DNA of 64,000 nucleotides from an uncultured euryarchaeote (GTDB taxonomy: Archaea; Thermoplasmatota; Poseidoniia; Poseidoniales; Poseidoniaceae). The notes beneath the pieces were generated by a model. The model searched no databases, was not told the DNA's origin, and was given only the letters and a program-made list of their open reading frames with translations. Below are positions 47,611-58,552 of this stretch, one piece after another. Where the stretch lies: contig CALBRH010000044.1 in the NCBI GenBank assembly GCA_937899865.1, forward strand, positions 32,001-96,000, written 5' to 3'. The translations under genes were made by a program, and so were the position numbers. Position 1 is the stretch's first letter. Each line of letters opens with the position of its first letter.

Positions 47611-50600
47611 ATGGAAGAGAAAACAACAACATTGCGAAACTCTCCAGCACCAATGCTAGGGTGGCTAATTGCTCCACTAGCAGTAATGCTGGCAATCGCT
47701 GCAATAATGGTCGGAGGAATTGACTTCGACTTAGATATGAACAACATGTCACCTCTGCTAATAGTTGCAGTAGGTGCAATCTTGGGTATAACTCCTAGAG
47801 TACTCAAGGACAATGGTGCTGTTAAAATCTCTTCCTCAGCACTTTCCCTTGCTACATTGGGTGTTGCCATGGTAGGGCATCAAGCAATAGTACACTTGAC
47901 AGATGAAGGTGCTTTTACTGCTCTACAATTCTTAGTGGCCGCCTTTGGTGTGTACTTTTTTGATTCTCGTGGAAGACATGAAATTGCTACCTTGCTGACC
48001 TTTGGCTTGATTGGAATCAATGTCGGTATGATTGTTGCAGGTTCATACAACAGTGAACTTGACACAATATACACAATGCCTGATGAATCATTGATGGATA
48101 CCTTAAATCTTCAAAGACAAGCACTTGGTTATGTATTCTTTAGTTATCTAACAATTTTCATAGCGCTTGGTCTACTAGTTGCCGTTCTTTCAAGAGGGGT
48201 AATAAATCCTGAAGGTAAAGAAGGATGGTTCTCCAAGATTTCATCGCATGATGGAGGCTATAATAAGGCAACAATGCCATTGCAAATAGCTACACTGGTA
48301 TGGATTTTAGCCCATGTTGGTAGTTTATATCACTTTGATTCAGTGTCAATGGCTGACAAACTTGGCCTTACTATGGTTGATGATTATAGTGGGCACTTTG
48401 GATTCTGGGGTGCATTCTTCACAGGAATAATGGCAATGATTGTAGCAGGAATGTTTGCTGAAAAGTGGTATACTAGATCAATGTTTTTCGGTTCTATGTG
48501 GCTTCTATACCTAGTATCTTCTTGGTATGAGGTAGGATTTTGGGAATCTGAACAACTTGAAGGCACATGGGGTGCTTTGATATGGCTTGGTTTTACCTTC
48601 TTTATCTGTGTTGGAATCTATATGATTTCAACACATGAAAAGTATGGTGGATGGGCTAATCTTGATGAATATGAAGCGAGTGGGGCAAGAAAGTTCTGGA
48701 ACGCACATTGGGCAAGTCTAATGGTAGGAGCAGCATTCTTCTTTGGATTAGTAATCAGAGTTCAGTGGTACTTGATTCCTTCAATGAATGCATTTGGAAC
48801 AGGTAATTGGGATATGACTGGGGGTTCTGACCCTTGGTATATGAAGAGAGTTGTAGACTATATTCTTGCAAATAACGCACACTTCATTTTTGATGCAGAC
48901 AGGTCATATCCACTTGGCGGTGTTAACCCTCGTCCACCATTGTTTACTTGGTCAATAGCGCTTGTAACAATGGCTTTGGAGCCAATGCTTGGTCCCGATG
49001 CTGTTTGGATTGCCATCTTAGGTCTACCAGCAATTTACGGTGCACTTACTATTTTCCCTATTGCAACAATAGCTAAGGATAATTTTGGTAAGTCAACAGG
49101 AGTTGTTGCTGCATGGCTAATCGCTTTCATGCCTGCACACGTTTCCCACTCCACTTGGGGTCTAGCAGACCACGATGCTTTCGTAATGCTGTTCATTTCT
49201 ATGGGATTCATGTTTTGGTTCAAAGCCATAAAGAATTCTGGAAACGAGAGACTTACCAAGACTTCATCTCCAAGAATTGCTGAGATTTTGAAGTCTTTTT
49301 CAGTAGTTGCCAGTGAGAAGAGATCATCAATGGCATTTGCTGTTCTAGCAGGTGTATCATTTGGTGTTGCATCTCTTGCTTGGAAAGGTTTCGTAGTCGG
49401 CCCAAGCATCTTGTTCTTGGCTTATTTTGTTCAAGTCGCACTTAATATGTTTAGAAGGAAAGATTCAACCACACTAAACGCATTGTTCCTTGCTATGTTA
49501 ATATCAAATTTATTAATGGCAATCCCATTCTATGGACATCCACAAATGGCTTTAATCCTTGATGGTACTGGACTACAACCGTTCTTATTCGTCCTTGGAT
49601 TTACCTTGGCAATATCATATGTTACTACAGGATTCCGTGACAAACCATGGTTATTGGTTCTCGGAACATTATTTGTCGCAGCAACTGTTTTCTTCATCAT
49701 TTTGTTTGTATTGAAACAATTAGAAATCAGCAATGCTTGGGATGTTTTGTTTACTGGTAGTGGTTATTTCACTAAGACAAAGATATTCAGTACTGTTGCT
49801 GAGGCAAATGCGCCTGACAGAGGCCAGTTATTCGCTCAACTTGGGCCAATTGTATTAGTTCTAGCATTAACCATGGGATTCTATTCTATGTGGTCTACAT
49901 TTAGAAATAAAAATCAATCACATTTATTCTTTGGAATTTGGATTTTTGCTGCAACTTACATGTCTTGGACTGCTGCTAGATTTATGTTTAACGCAACCCC
50001 TGCAGTTGCCGTACTTGGTGCGTGGGGAATCGTTGCATTGTGGGATAAAGCAAATTGGCAAGGTTTGGTTCGCACATGGAAGAAATTTGGTGTAAGGACT
50101 CCTGCTGATAGAATTACTGGAGCTAGGAAAGCCGTTTGGCGAACACCATCGTTTTCTGCGATTTTGTTAATTATTCTACTTGTTGGTGGCCAGCAATTCA
50201 CCTATGGATTGGATTCTGCAATTCCGGGTACAGATTCATCAGAAGATGATTTAGATGAGACTATTTACAACATTATCCCAGATGCTTTAAGATGGGAATT
50301 GGCAGGTTTTTCAATTCTTGATAGTAGCGCATATTCTGGAAATTGGTATCTAGGTTCATTTGGTTCATCATTCAATGATCCTGGCTGGAATAGGGCTTAT
50401 GATTGGATGGCTCAACAAGATTCTCAGATGCATTTTTCCGAAAGGCCAGCTTTTGTATCTTGGTGGGATTATGGTTTCCAAGCATTGGATTCAGGTGAAC
50501 ATCCATCTGTTTCAGACAACTTCCAATCTGGAATCCCTGCAGCTGGAAATATGCTTCTTGCAAGGTCTCAAACTGATTTAGTGTCGATGTTTATTTGGCA

Positions 50601-53600
50601 ACTTGCCACAGGAGACTTGCGCTACAACCAGATTAATACTGGTGATTATGAACTAACTAATGGATTTGATAAAATAGTCGAAAATCATATGCATACTGAA
50701 GAGCAACACGAATTGTTTGTCTCAATTCAAGAAGAGTTAGATGTCGACATAATGAAGCAAAACATTGACGATTATGCATTTACTGTCATCCAAACAAATG
50801 AAGCATCACAAGTTCAAGAAAATAGCAAGAATGTAATGGCTAGTGGATATCATAGAATAGATGGTATCGCAGATACTAGCACTCTCTATTATAGAATCTA
50901 TCAAGATGGAGAGAGAATGTTGTGTGACCCTGAAGTATCAGCATCCTGTGCTGATGGAGATTGGTCAAACTTCGATGATGCAAACATTACCTTCAACAAT
51001 AATGTTCGCTCAGGGCAAGAAACACAGTACAAAACAACTCACTATATCTTTGGTGACTATTGGTATACCAATGACTTACGTGATGAATTTGGCTCAGTTT
51101 CAACACATATTCATAGACATAACACAAGAATAGCAATGACTACACAATTACTTAATGATATTATGACTGATTCACAAATAGTCGATCTATATGACGATTT
51201 GATTGGAATGGAAGACTATTACCATGTTCAAGATTATGAAGGTCTACCAGGGGATACAATTTCTCGTGACCATGAAATTAGATACTTTGCTATTGACAAT
51301 CGACTTTATCCAAGAGCGGGTAGGTATACTGCAGATTATAGTTACAATCAAGGACAACCAATGGGTATCTTTGGTGCTCCAACAATTCTAAGTGGACAAG
51401 ATGTTACTACTTTCATGGATGAAGTGTATGAAACCTCTCGTGGCAGTAGGAATTTCGAAATGACGCGTGAAGAAGTCGACGAAGCTATGACGAATGACTT
51501 CTTAGACCAACAATCAGGTCTAGATATTGATCCACTCCAAGTGCAAGATGTTAGAGTAGATCATAACCCAGCATTCTTCGACACCATGCTTGCTAGAACA
51601 TATGTAGGATATGGTGCATCATCCCTAGGTGTTGATACCGGGTTCTCGAATCCTCAACCAGCACAACACTTTGGACTATCAGGAAGTCCAGGTTCGATAC
51701 TACAACAAGCAGTTCCATTACCAGGAGCTATGATGAATCATTTCGTAATCTCAAACTGGTATGATGAAGATAACAATTTCACAATAGGTTCTGCAAATAC
51801 TAATGTCAAGATTATGAAGTATTATTCTGGTGCAGAAATTTCTGGTTCAGTAACATTGAGTGATAACGGTGTAGCACTTCCTGGAGTAAGGCTGTTGATT
51901 GAGAGAGATGCATTCTCTGGTGAAGGGGCAGAAGACATGGATGAAGATACTTATTGGATTCCAATTGGCTTTACAGATGCTGATGAAAATGGTGAATGGT
52001 CATTCCTTGCACCTGCAGGTAAGATTAGAGTTTCTGCCTTTGTAGGAACATTTGATGCTGAACAGGCTCGAGCCACAATTAACGATGGAAGTTATACTCA
52101 AGGTCTTAGCGATTTGCTAAATGAAGAGAATGATAATCGACAAGTTAATTCGCTAACTGCAATTTTGGGTAATGTCGCTAATATGACCTGGTTGGGAGAA
52201 ACACAATACAATGTTACTGGTGAGCAAGCCAACAGAACAGCATCATTTACTGATTCAATGGACATAGAAGTTGATAGTAGCGGTATATCTGGACAATTAA
52301 CTTGGTCTGGAGATGAACTGTTTGATGGTGAAGCGATTGTTAACACAAACCTTGTTCTAAGAAATGTTCATGAAACATCTGACGATGTTGTTCTTGTAAC
52401 TACTAATGGTTCCTTCACATCTGATGAAACTAGAATTATTCAAGGAACTGGTCAAGCCACATTCACTGAGAATGGTACATTTGAGAGTGATGGTTTAGCT
52501 TCAGTACTAGATTTCCATGGAACTTTTACTCGAACAATTGGCGACAGTAGAACTTATGTTGCAAATGGAACATGGAATGGAACAGGTGAAATAAAGGCAT
52601 CATGGATTGATTTGGTTGAAGGTTTTGATGTTGATTGTATAATCGATTCTAACGATTCTAGTAATGTTACTATGCCAACTAATGAGACCTTATGTTTGAA
52701 AGATGATTCTGGAGAATTACCGATTTATCTTATAGATGGTGAGGTGAATGCTAATGGAAGATTTACATCAGTTGGAGAAACTGTACTTGTTCAAGAGCAC
52801 GAAGGTTCATCTTTCGATGGAATTGGATTCTTTGAAGGAACAGGTACTTTCAATGGCACAGGAAGATTCGTAGGTTCTGGACAATTCTCAGGAGATATGG
52901 TTAGCCCAGGTTCTTTCTATCAAACTGGAATAGTACCTGGCGAGTATGAAGTATTTGCTAATCTAGAAAATGGTAGAGAAGTGCAACTACCAGAAACGGT
53001 CACAGTTGGTATTAATCCTTCATTTGGAATTAGTTTGACGATGGCAGGTTCTATTATCTCAGGAAACCTAACTAATTCTTCTGGCGATGTAATCTCAAAT
53101 GTAACATTTGAACTAATTGATACATTATTAGAAGATTCCTCACCAATTATGGTTGAGGTCAACGAAACTGGTGGTTACAAATTTGGTCCAATTTCTACAG
53201 GAGATTATGAATTTAGAATTGATCTAGATGATGATGGATTCTATGAATCATCAGGGCAATTTACAATTGGCTCAGAATCAGAGCAATTGAGTCCAATATC
53301 CGATGTTCCGGATTCATTTGATCTTATTATCACTCTAAATTCTCCAGTTGACGAAAATGAAATACCTCTTATTGATACAGCAGAACAAAATTTCACAATT
53401 AAAGATCAATTTGGATTTAGTGTTGATGTTGTATCTGATTCTGAAGGTAAAGTAACTATTGAACTTCCTAATGGTGATTATACAATTGAACAAAATGATG
53501 TTTCCGATTATTATTTATTCTCATCTATTGAAGTTAACAACGAAGATATTGAATTTGATCTTTCATACTCTATTGCCTCAGAGATAACTGGCACATTGCT

Positions 53601-56600
53601 GGCTTATACAACTACATTTGATGAGAATTGGGAACAAAAAGACATTGATGCAAATACAACACAAGCATCTCAATTAGAGATTACCTTCAGTTCTGAAAAT
53701 TTCTCTTTCTCTACTACTACTGACTCAGATGGTAATTTCTCCATAGAATTACCTGGTGATTTAGAATATGTAATGAAGGCTTTTTCCGCAGCGTCAAATT
53801 ATGGTGTTGGGATAAATGTTAACCCAAACAATAGTAGTAATATTGATCTAGGGAATATCTACCTCAATCCGCTTGTTTCAGTTACCGGTACACTATTTGT
53901 TGATGACAACATTACTTCTTGGAATGCTCAACAATTTATTGGCCTAACTCCAGAAATAATTGCGATTGATGAAAATGGTGTTGAATGGTCGACAGAAACC
54001 TCGCCGAGCGGTGATTTCTCCTTCCAGATAGCTTCGGGTCTTTACGACTTTATGGGCTCGGAGTCTGAGTACAATATTACTACAGTTGAAGGTTGGAGTG
54101 TGACAGACTCAATCCAAGATACTATAGTAAATCTAACTGCAAATATAGAGCCAGTAATTATTGATGTTTATGTATGTTTGAGCAATGATGATGTCGAGAC
54201 TTGTGATGATATTTCACCTGCTGCAGCACAGGTTGAAATAGTAGCACCAAGTTCAGATTTCAAGTCTTATTCACTCAATACATCTGACTTTGATATTAAT
54301 GGAAAAGCCAGCTTGGAATTAATGCCAGGAAGTTATCAATTAATTGTAAATCACTCATTATCATCTGATTTAGGTGCATCGGATTACAATACTTTCTACC
54401 AATCAAAATCGGTTGAAATAAGCTTGTTTGATGATGAAAATAATGATATTCATATCATTTTGTCTAACGAACGACTCTTTACAGGCGTAGTAGAAATTGC
54501 TGATTCAACCTTGAATAATACCCAATTCCTAATGTATAATCAAACCAATGACCAATGGCTTTCAATCAATACTAATGATACAGGTGTATTTAATCAATAT
54601 GTACCTATTGGGGATTGGATAATTATTATTGCTAATCAAGATTATGAAAATAACACCTTTGTATTGAGATCCCCTATTACCATCGATGAAAATTCTGCTT
54701 CAAGAACAGAACTAACTTTATCTATGGTAGAATGTGTTGAAGTCAGTTTCAATCTAAAAGAACAATTGACTGGAGGTAATATTTCAGATGTAAGAATTAC
54801 CGCTGTAAGCAACGATGGCTATGGCAACATTACTCTTCAACCGAGTAATTCATCAGGTGCTGTTGTTGACAAAATTATGCCAGGTAGTTGGAATCTTTTC
54901 TTAGATAAAGAAACCAGCAATAAGCGCCTATCGATTGAATCAGAATTGTATAGTTTCGATACCAATGGTTTGACTACTTATGACGGTGGGGATGTAATGG
55001 TTATGACTGAGGTTACTATTGGAGGCAAGGTTTTCTGGGATTTCAATAATAATTCTCTAGTAGATTTCCTTGAAGAAATTTCTGATGCTAATTTATCGAT
55101 ATCCTCATTAGATGGTACTTTGGAATTCAATGTGACAACAAATGAAAATGGCGTTTGGTCGCAATTTGTACCAATCCAAAATACTTACAACATTACAGTC
55201 GATAAGGAAGGTTATACTACTGGTTATTACAATATTGATGGTGCTGATGGTATTTCTGTTGAAAACGAATCCGAATCATTTAACATCGATGTTGAGGCAA
55301 GTAATGTAATCGTTAATGGAGTTATCACTTCTGAATTATTAGATCAAGAAGCAAGTCTTGTAGGTGCAACGATTACTCTTTATCCTGAGTCTGGAAGAGA
55401 TGCGCAACCGGTTGTTGTGTTTGGTTCATACTCAAATGGTGAACTATCATGGTCTACTAGTGTCGAACCAGGGAATTGGATTGTAGTTGCTGAAAGTTTG
55501 GTATTTGATGAAAATACTGGTGGTATTTCAATAGGTTATTTGGATGCCAATGTAGTTGATGGTGGCACATTAGATATGGTAATGAAATCTGGTGGCTATG
55601 TCGAAATTGAAACCAGTTGGGAAGATATCACATTAACTACTCATAATGCAGGTTCTTCAGGTACTGGTTCAGATATGATTTCTGATATAGTAGAATATAC
55701 CGTAGATATCGGCCTAGAATCAAGTTGGAATTATACTGTTAGTGAGGATGGGTCAATGTCAATATTGTTACCTGTTGGCGATTTCCAAATATCTTCAACT
55801 TTTACTACTGTTCAGCACTACAAAGAACTGGAAATGGATTACTCTGGAACCACTTTCGGTACAGTCGAACAAGGAATAGTAGATGTTGAATTAAATTACT
55901 TAAGATTGCCAAACTCAGAATCAGAAGTCACCATTAATGCTACCTCAATTGCCAATGCAACATTCATCGAATCAGTAGCTCTAACACCTATTGTTGATGA
56001 TAGTGAAGACGTTAGTGATGATGATAGAATGTACAAAATTATTGAGTTTGATATCGATATAGATTATGTTGGAACAGAAATAAGTGACGTTCTAACGGTT
56101 AGTGGTACAATTGCCGACACTTTAGATTCTGAAGATTGGACTATTGAAGTCTTTAACGGGACAGAGTGGACAAATGAGGCTGAAATTAAAATTGGAATAG
56201 GTGAATCATTGAATGATGATTCAGTAGATGATTTCGCAACTGTAAAAATGCGAATGATCTTACCTAATGTAACATCATCATTAAGTCTTGAAGATGGTCA
56301 CAAGATTCGTATTGATGTTGCAGGAGAATCGGGGCCATCCGGTTTCATTGATATGATTGTGAATGTACCTCAATACTATGGTATGGAAATTTCTGATGCA
56401 ATTACTCAAACTGGAGTTTCACCAGGTGGTACTGGAACATTCTCGTTCACTCTAACTAACACAGGTAATGGTGATGATTCATTTGTCATTGAACTTGCAG
56501 AAAATCTTCCAGAAGGATGGCAGATCACACCTACGACAAGTACGTTGACTATTTCTAAAGATGATCAAAGAAATCAACCGTTCTCAATTTTTGCTCCTGA

Positions 56601-57156
56601 ATCATTTACATCAGGAGAAATTGAAGCAACTGTTACAATTACCAGTGAAGATGGTATTACATCTGAAACTATTACTGTTAAGATTCAATCAGCTAGAATC
56701 AATCTAGATGTCGATGAAACTCTTTCACAAGAATTAACTAAAGTTTACGAGAGTCAACCTGGACAATTGGTTGTACCAATTTCAAATTCAGGTTTCAGAA
56801 CTGCAAGCACAGTTCTTGTTACAGTGAACTTAACTAACGATGCAGGTAATAATGTACTTGAAAACATTGGTAATCAAACTATTAGCATCCCTGCAGGTCA
56901 AACAATCAATGCAACATTTACTTTAGATGAGTCTTCAAAGAAATTTAACAGATTTTCGATAAGCGTTGATGTTTTGGGTGAAGATATGGATTATGTTGAA
57001 GATTCAGTAGAGCCATTTGATTATCAAGAAGAAACAATTCTAGATACTTCTGAACCAACTTCTGGTTGGTTTATGATAGTAATAGTTGCTCTTACCTTAC
57101 TTGTTGGTTACGGTGGATTGAAGGTTGCACGAAATAAGAGCTCAACTAGATTCTGA
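47611..57156 (+). CDS. aglB: Giant oligosaccharyltransferase AglB/STT3 fusion protein (3181 aa)
   Basis: GSDPWY (D407), ADHD (520-522), STVAE (E731), SWWDYG (W951, nt 50461) and DNF; followed by carboxypeptidase-regulatory-like/Ig repeats, NEW3-like and CARDB-like domains and a C-terminal TM. Confidence 0.9.
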   Translation: MEEKTTTLRNSPAPMLGWLIAPLAVMLAIAAIMVGGIDFDLDMNNMSPLLIVAVGAILGITPRVLKDNGAVKISSSALSLATLGVAMVGHQAIVHLTDEGAFTALQFLVAAFGVYFFDSRGRHEIATLLTFGLIGINVGMIVAGSYNSELDTIYTMPDESLMDTLNLQRQALGYVFFSYLTIFIALGLLVAVLSRGVINPEGKEGWFSKISSHDGGYNKATMPLQIATLVWILAHVGSLYHFDSVSMADKLGLTMVDDYSGHFGFWGAFFTGIMAMIVAGMFAEKWYTRSMFFGSMWLLYLVSSWYEVGFWESEQLEGTWGALIWLGFTFFICVGIYMISTHEKYGGWANLDEYEASGARKFWNAHWASLMVGAAFFFGLVIRVQWYLIPSMNAFGTGNWDMTGGSDPWYMKRVVDYILANNAHFIFDADRSYPLGGVNPRPPLFTWSIALVTMALEPMLGPDAVWIAILGLPAIYGALTIFPIATIAKDNFGKSTGVVAAWLIAFMPAHVSHSTWGLADHDAFVMLFISMGFMFWFKAIKNSGNERLTKTSSPRIAEILKSFSVVASEKRSSMAFAVLAGVSFGVASLAWKGFVVGPSILFLAYFVQVALNMFRRKDSTTLNALFLAMLISNLLMAIPFYGHPQMALILDGTGLQPFLFVLGFTLAISYVTTGFRDKPWLLVLGTLFVAATVFFIILFVLKQLEISNAWDVLFTGSGYFTKTKIFSTVAEANAPDRGQLFAQLGPIVLVLALTMGFYSMWSTFRNKNQSHLFFGIWIFAATYMSWTAARFMFNATPAVAVLGAWGIVALWDKANWQGLVRTWKKFGVRTPADRITGARKAVWRTPSFSAILLIILLVGGQQFTYGLDSAIPGTDSSEDDLDETIYNIIPDALRWELAGFSILDSSAYSGNWYLGSFGSSFNDPGWNRAYDWMAQQDSQMHFSERPAFVSWWDYGFQALDSGEHPSVSDNFQSGIPAAGNMLLARSQTDLVSMFIWQLATGDLRYNQINTGDYELTNGFDKIVENHMHTEEQHELFVSIQEELDVDIMKQNIDDYAFTVIQTNEASQVQENSKNVMASGYHRIDGIADTSTLYYRIYQDGERMLCDPEVSASCADGDWSNFDDANITFNNNVRSGQETQYKTTHYIFGDYWYTNDLRDEFGSVSTHIHRHNTRIAMTTQLLNDIMTDSQIVDLYDDLIGMEDYYHVQDYEGLPGDTISRDHEIRYFAIDNRLYPRAGRYTADYSYNQGQPMGIFGAPTILSGQDVTTFMDEVYETSRGSRNFEMTREEVDEAMTNDFLDQQSGLDIDPLQVQDVRVDHNPAFFDTMLARTYVGYGASSLGVDTGFSNPQPAQHFGLSGSPGSILQQAVPLPGAMMNHFVISNWYDEDNNFTIGSANTNVKIMKYYSGAEISGSVTLSDNGVALPGVRLLIERDAFSGEGAEDMDEDTYWIPIGFTDADENGEWSFLAPAGKIRVSAFVGTFDAEQARATINDGSYTQGLSDLLNEENDNRQVNSLTAILGNVANMTWLGETQYNVTGEQANRTASFTDSMDIEVDSSGISGQLTWSGDELFDGEAIVNTNLVLRNVHETSDDVVLVTTNGSFTSDETRIIQGTGQATFTENGTFESDGLASVLDFHGTFTRTIGDSRTYVANGTWNGTGEIKASWIDLVEGFDVDCIIDSNDSSNVTMPTNETLCLKDDSGELPIYLIDGEVNANGRFTSVGETVLVQEHEGSSFDGIGFFEGTGTFNGTGRFVGSGQFSGDMVSPGSFYQTGIVPGEYEVFANLENGREVQLPETVTVGINPSFGISLTMAGSIISGNLTNSSGDVISNVTFELIDTLLEDSSPIMVEVNETGGYKFGPISTGDYEFRIDLDDDGFYESSGQFTIGSESEQLSPISDVPDSFDLIITLNSPVDENEIPLIDTAEQNFTIKDQFGFSVDVVSDSEGKVTIELPNGDYTIEQNDVSDYYLFSSIEVNNEDIEFDLSYSIASEITGTLLAYTTTFDENWEQKDIDANTTQASQLEITFSSENFSFSTTTDSDGNFSIELPGDLEYVMKAFSAASNYGVGINVNPNNSSNIDLGNIYLNPLVSVTGTLFVDDNITSWNAQQFIGLTPEIIAIDENGVEWSTETSPSGDFSFQIASGLYDFMGSESEYNITTVEGWSVTDSIQDTIVNLTANIEPVIIDVYVCLSNDDVETCDDISPAAAQVEIVAPSSDFKSYSLNTSDFDINGKASLELMPGSYQLIVNHSLSSDLGASDYNTFYQSKSVEISLFDDENNDIHIILSNERLFTGVVEIADSTLNNTQFLMYNQTNDQWLSINTNDTGVFNQYVPIGDWIIIIANQDYENNTFVLRSPITIDENSASRTELTLSMVECVEVSFNLKEQLTGGNISDVRITAVSNDGYGNITLQPSNSSGAVVDKIMPGSWNLFLDKETSNKRLSIESELYSFDTNGLTTYDGGDVMVMTEVTIGGKVFWDFNNNSLVDFLEEISDANLSISSLDGTLEFNVTTNENGVWSQFVPIQNTYNITVDKEGYTTGYYNIDGADGISVENESESFNIDVEASNVIVNGVITSELLDQEASLVGATITLYPESGRDAQPVVVFGSYSNGELSWSTSVEPGNWIVVAESLVFDENTGGISIGYLDANVVDGGTLDMVMKSGGYVEIETSWEDITLTTHNAGSSGTGSDMISDIVEYTVDIGLESSWNYTVSEDGSMSILLPVGDFQISSTFTTVQHYKELEMDYSGTTFGTVEQGIVDVELNYLRLPNSESEVTINATSIANATFIESVALTPIVDDSEDVSDDDRMYKIIEFDIDIDYVGTEISDVLTVSGTIADTLDSEDWTIEVFNGTEWTNEAEIKIGIGESLNDDSVDDFATVKMRMILPNVTSSLSLEDGHKIRIDVAGESGPSGFIDMIVNVPQYYGMEISDAITQTGVSPGGTGTFSFTLTNTGNGDDSFVIELAENLPEGWQITPTTSTLTISKDDQRNQPFSIFAPESFTSGEIEATVTITSEDGITSETITVKIQSARINLDVDETLSQELTKVYESQPGQLVVPISNSGFRTASTVLVTVNLTNDAGNNVLENIGNQTISIPAGQTINATFTLDESSKKFNRFSISVDVLGEDMDYVEDSVEPFDYQEETILDTSEPTSGWFMIVIVALTLLVGYGGLKVARNKSSTRF

Positions 57157-57208
57157 TTTCAGACAATAGATTAAATGCTTGACCCGCAGATTACTGTGTG
57201 GTGGAGAG

Positions 57209-58423
57209 ATGGGTAGTTTAGATACTGTTGAGTTGTTACCTGAACCAGACGATAGCCGAATACTATCAGCAATCGATCCATCTGCAGTTGGTTTTCAAGA
57301 TGATTGGAGGGCTGAAGTAACAGGCTGGGCCCCAGCAATACCTACGCCAATAAAGCGCGTACGTGGGAGTAAATTTTTGATTACTAATGGTGTTCTATTC
57401 GCTATTTTTGCAGTTATATTACTATGGGTTTGGCAATCAGGTTTCCTAGTTATTGATTTACCACCGGCTAAATCCGAATGGGCTGCAGAACAGGCTGGAT
57501 TCTCAGATTCCACCTTGGATGGACTAACTGGCGAAGGAGTTAGAGTTTGTATAGTGGATACGGGAATAGATCTATCTAACCCTGCTTTTGATGGTGTTGA
57601 GATTGTTTTCAAGGATATGATTGGCGATTCATCAACACCAGTAGACTATGGATTTTTAGCACATGGTACACTTATGAGTGGTTTACTAATTTCTCAATCG
57701 CATCAAATTGGTATGTCACCTAATATCAAATTGGGTGTAGTCGCGGCTTTAGGTGATGATGGTACTGGAAAGAATACTGCTGATGAAAATGAAGTGGCAC
57801 AAGCGATTAATTGGTGTATAGACAATTTTTCTGCAGATATTATTTCTCTATCTTTAGGTGGCACTCAATCTGATGGAATGATGCGAGAAGGACCATCAGT
57901 ATCGGTGACTAGGAAAGCAGTTGATATGGGGATTTATGTTATAGCTGCAGCGGGTAATGATGGGGGTTCAGAAGATGATGGTAGAGTTTCAGTACCAAGT
58001 AATGTAGCGAGAGCAATTTCAGTAGGTGCTTCAATTAGAGGTGGTGAAGTTTGGGAAAATAGTTCAATGGGATCCCAGATTATGCCAAATGGTGAAGCAA
58101 GAAGCAATCCAAATTTAAAACCGGAAATCATTGCTCCTGGGCAATCAATTATCAGTACAGGTAGAGGAAACACTTGGTATTCAAGTAGTGGAACTTCAGA
58201 TGCAACGGTATTTGTCACTGCTGCGTTGGCATTAATCTTAGAAGACCAACCTAATCTTAAACCTAATAGTGAATCAGATGGCTCATGTATTGATGCAGTT
58301 AAGGAAGCCTTGAGATTAAGCACTGAATCAAATGGACAAACCCATGACAATAAATCAGGCTATGGTGAATTAAATGCTGCTAATTGGTTAACTGAGGTGA
58401 GAAACTTACCAATTTGCCAATAA
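57209..58423 (+). CDS. Membrane-anchored subtilisin-like S8 peptidase
   Basis: IVDTGID (Asp), HGTLMSG (His), AAAGND (oxyanion Asn) and SGTSDAT (Ser) motifs; internal TM near the N-terminus. Confidence 0.9.
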   Translation: MGSLDTVELLPEPDDSRILSAIDPSAVGFQDDWRAEVTGWAPAIPTPIKRVRGSKFLITNGVLFAIFAVILLWVWQSGFLVIDLPPAKSEWAAEQAGFSDSTLDGLTGEGVRVCIVDTGIDLSNPAFDGVEIVFKDMIGDSSTPVDYGFLAHGTLMSGLLISQSHQIGMSPNIKLGVVAALGDDGTGKNTADENEVAQAINWCIDNFSADIISLSLGGTQSDGMMREGPSVSVTRKAVDMGIYVIAAAGNDGGSEDDGRVSVPSNVARAISVGASIRGGEVWENSSMGSQIMPNGEARSNPNLKPEIIAPGQSIISTGRGNTWYSSSGTSDATVFVTAALALILEDQPNLKPNSESDGSCIDAVKEALRLSTESNGQTHDNKSGYGELNAANWLTEVRNLPICQ

Positions 58424-58552
58424 AAAGCAATATTGGTCTGAAAATTTTATTCCATTTGTGATACAAATAGCCTGATTTGATATTCTTAAAAAAATCAGTG
58501 TTAGCGCAGTATTATATTGTTCGATTGAATAGGCCAATATAGAGGAGTAACT

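Noticed and set aside
47611-57156. Intein or frameshift fusion as the cause of the giant AglB
   Set aside because: No Hint-type C...HN(C/S/T) or LAGLIDADG motifs were seen, and the frame is continuous with coherent Ig-like sequence. An assembly artefact cannot be excluded without reads.
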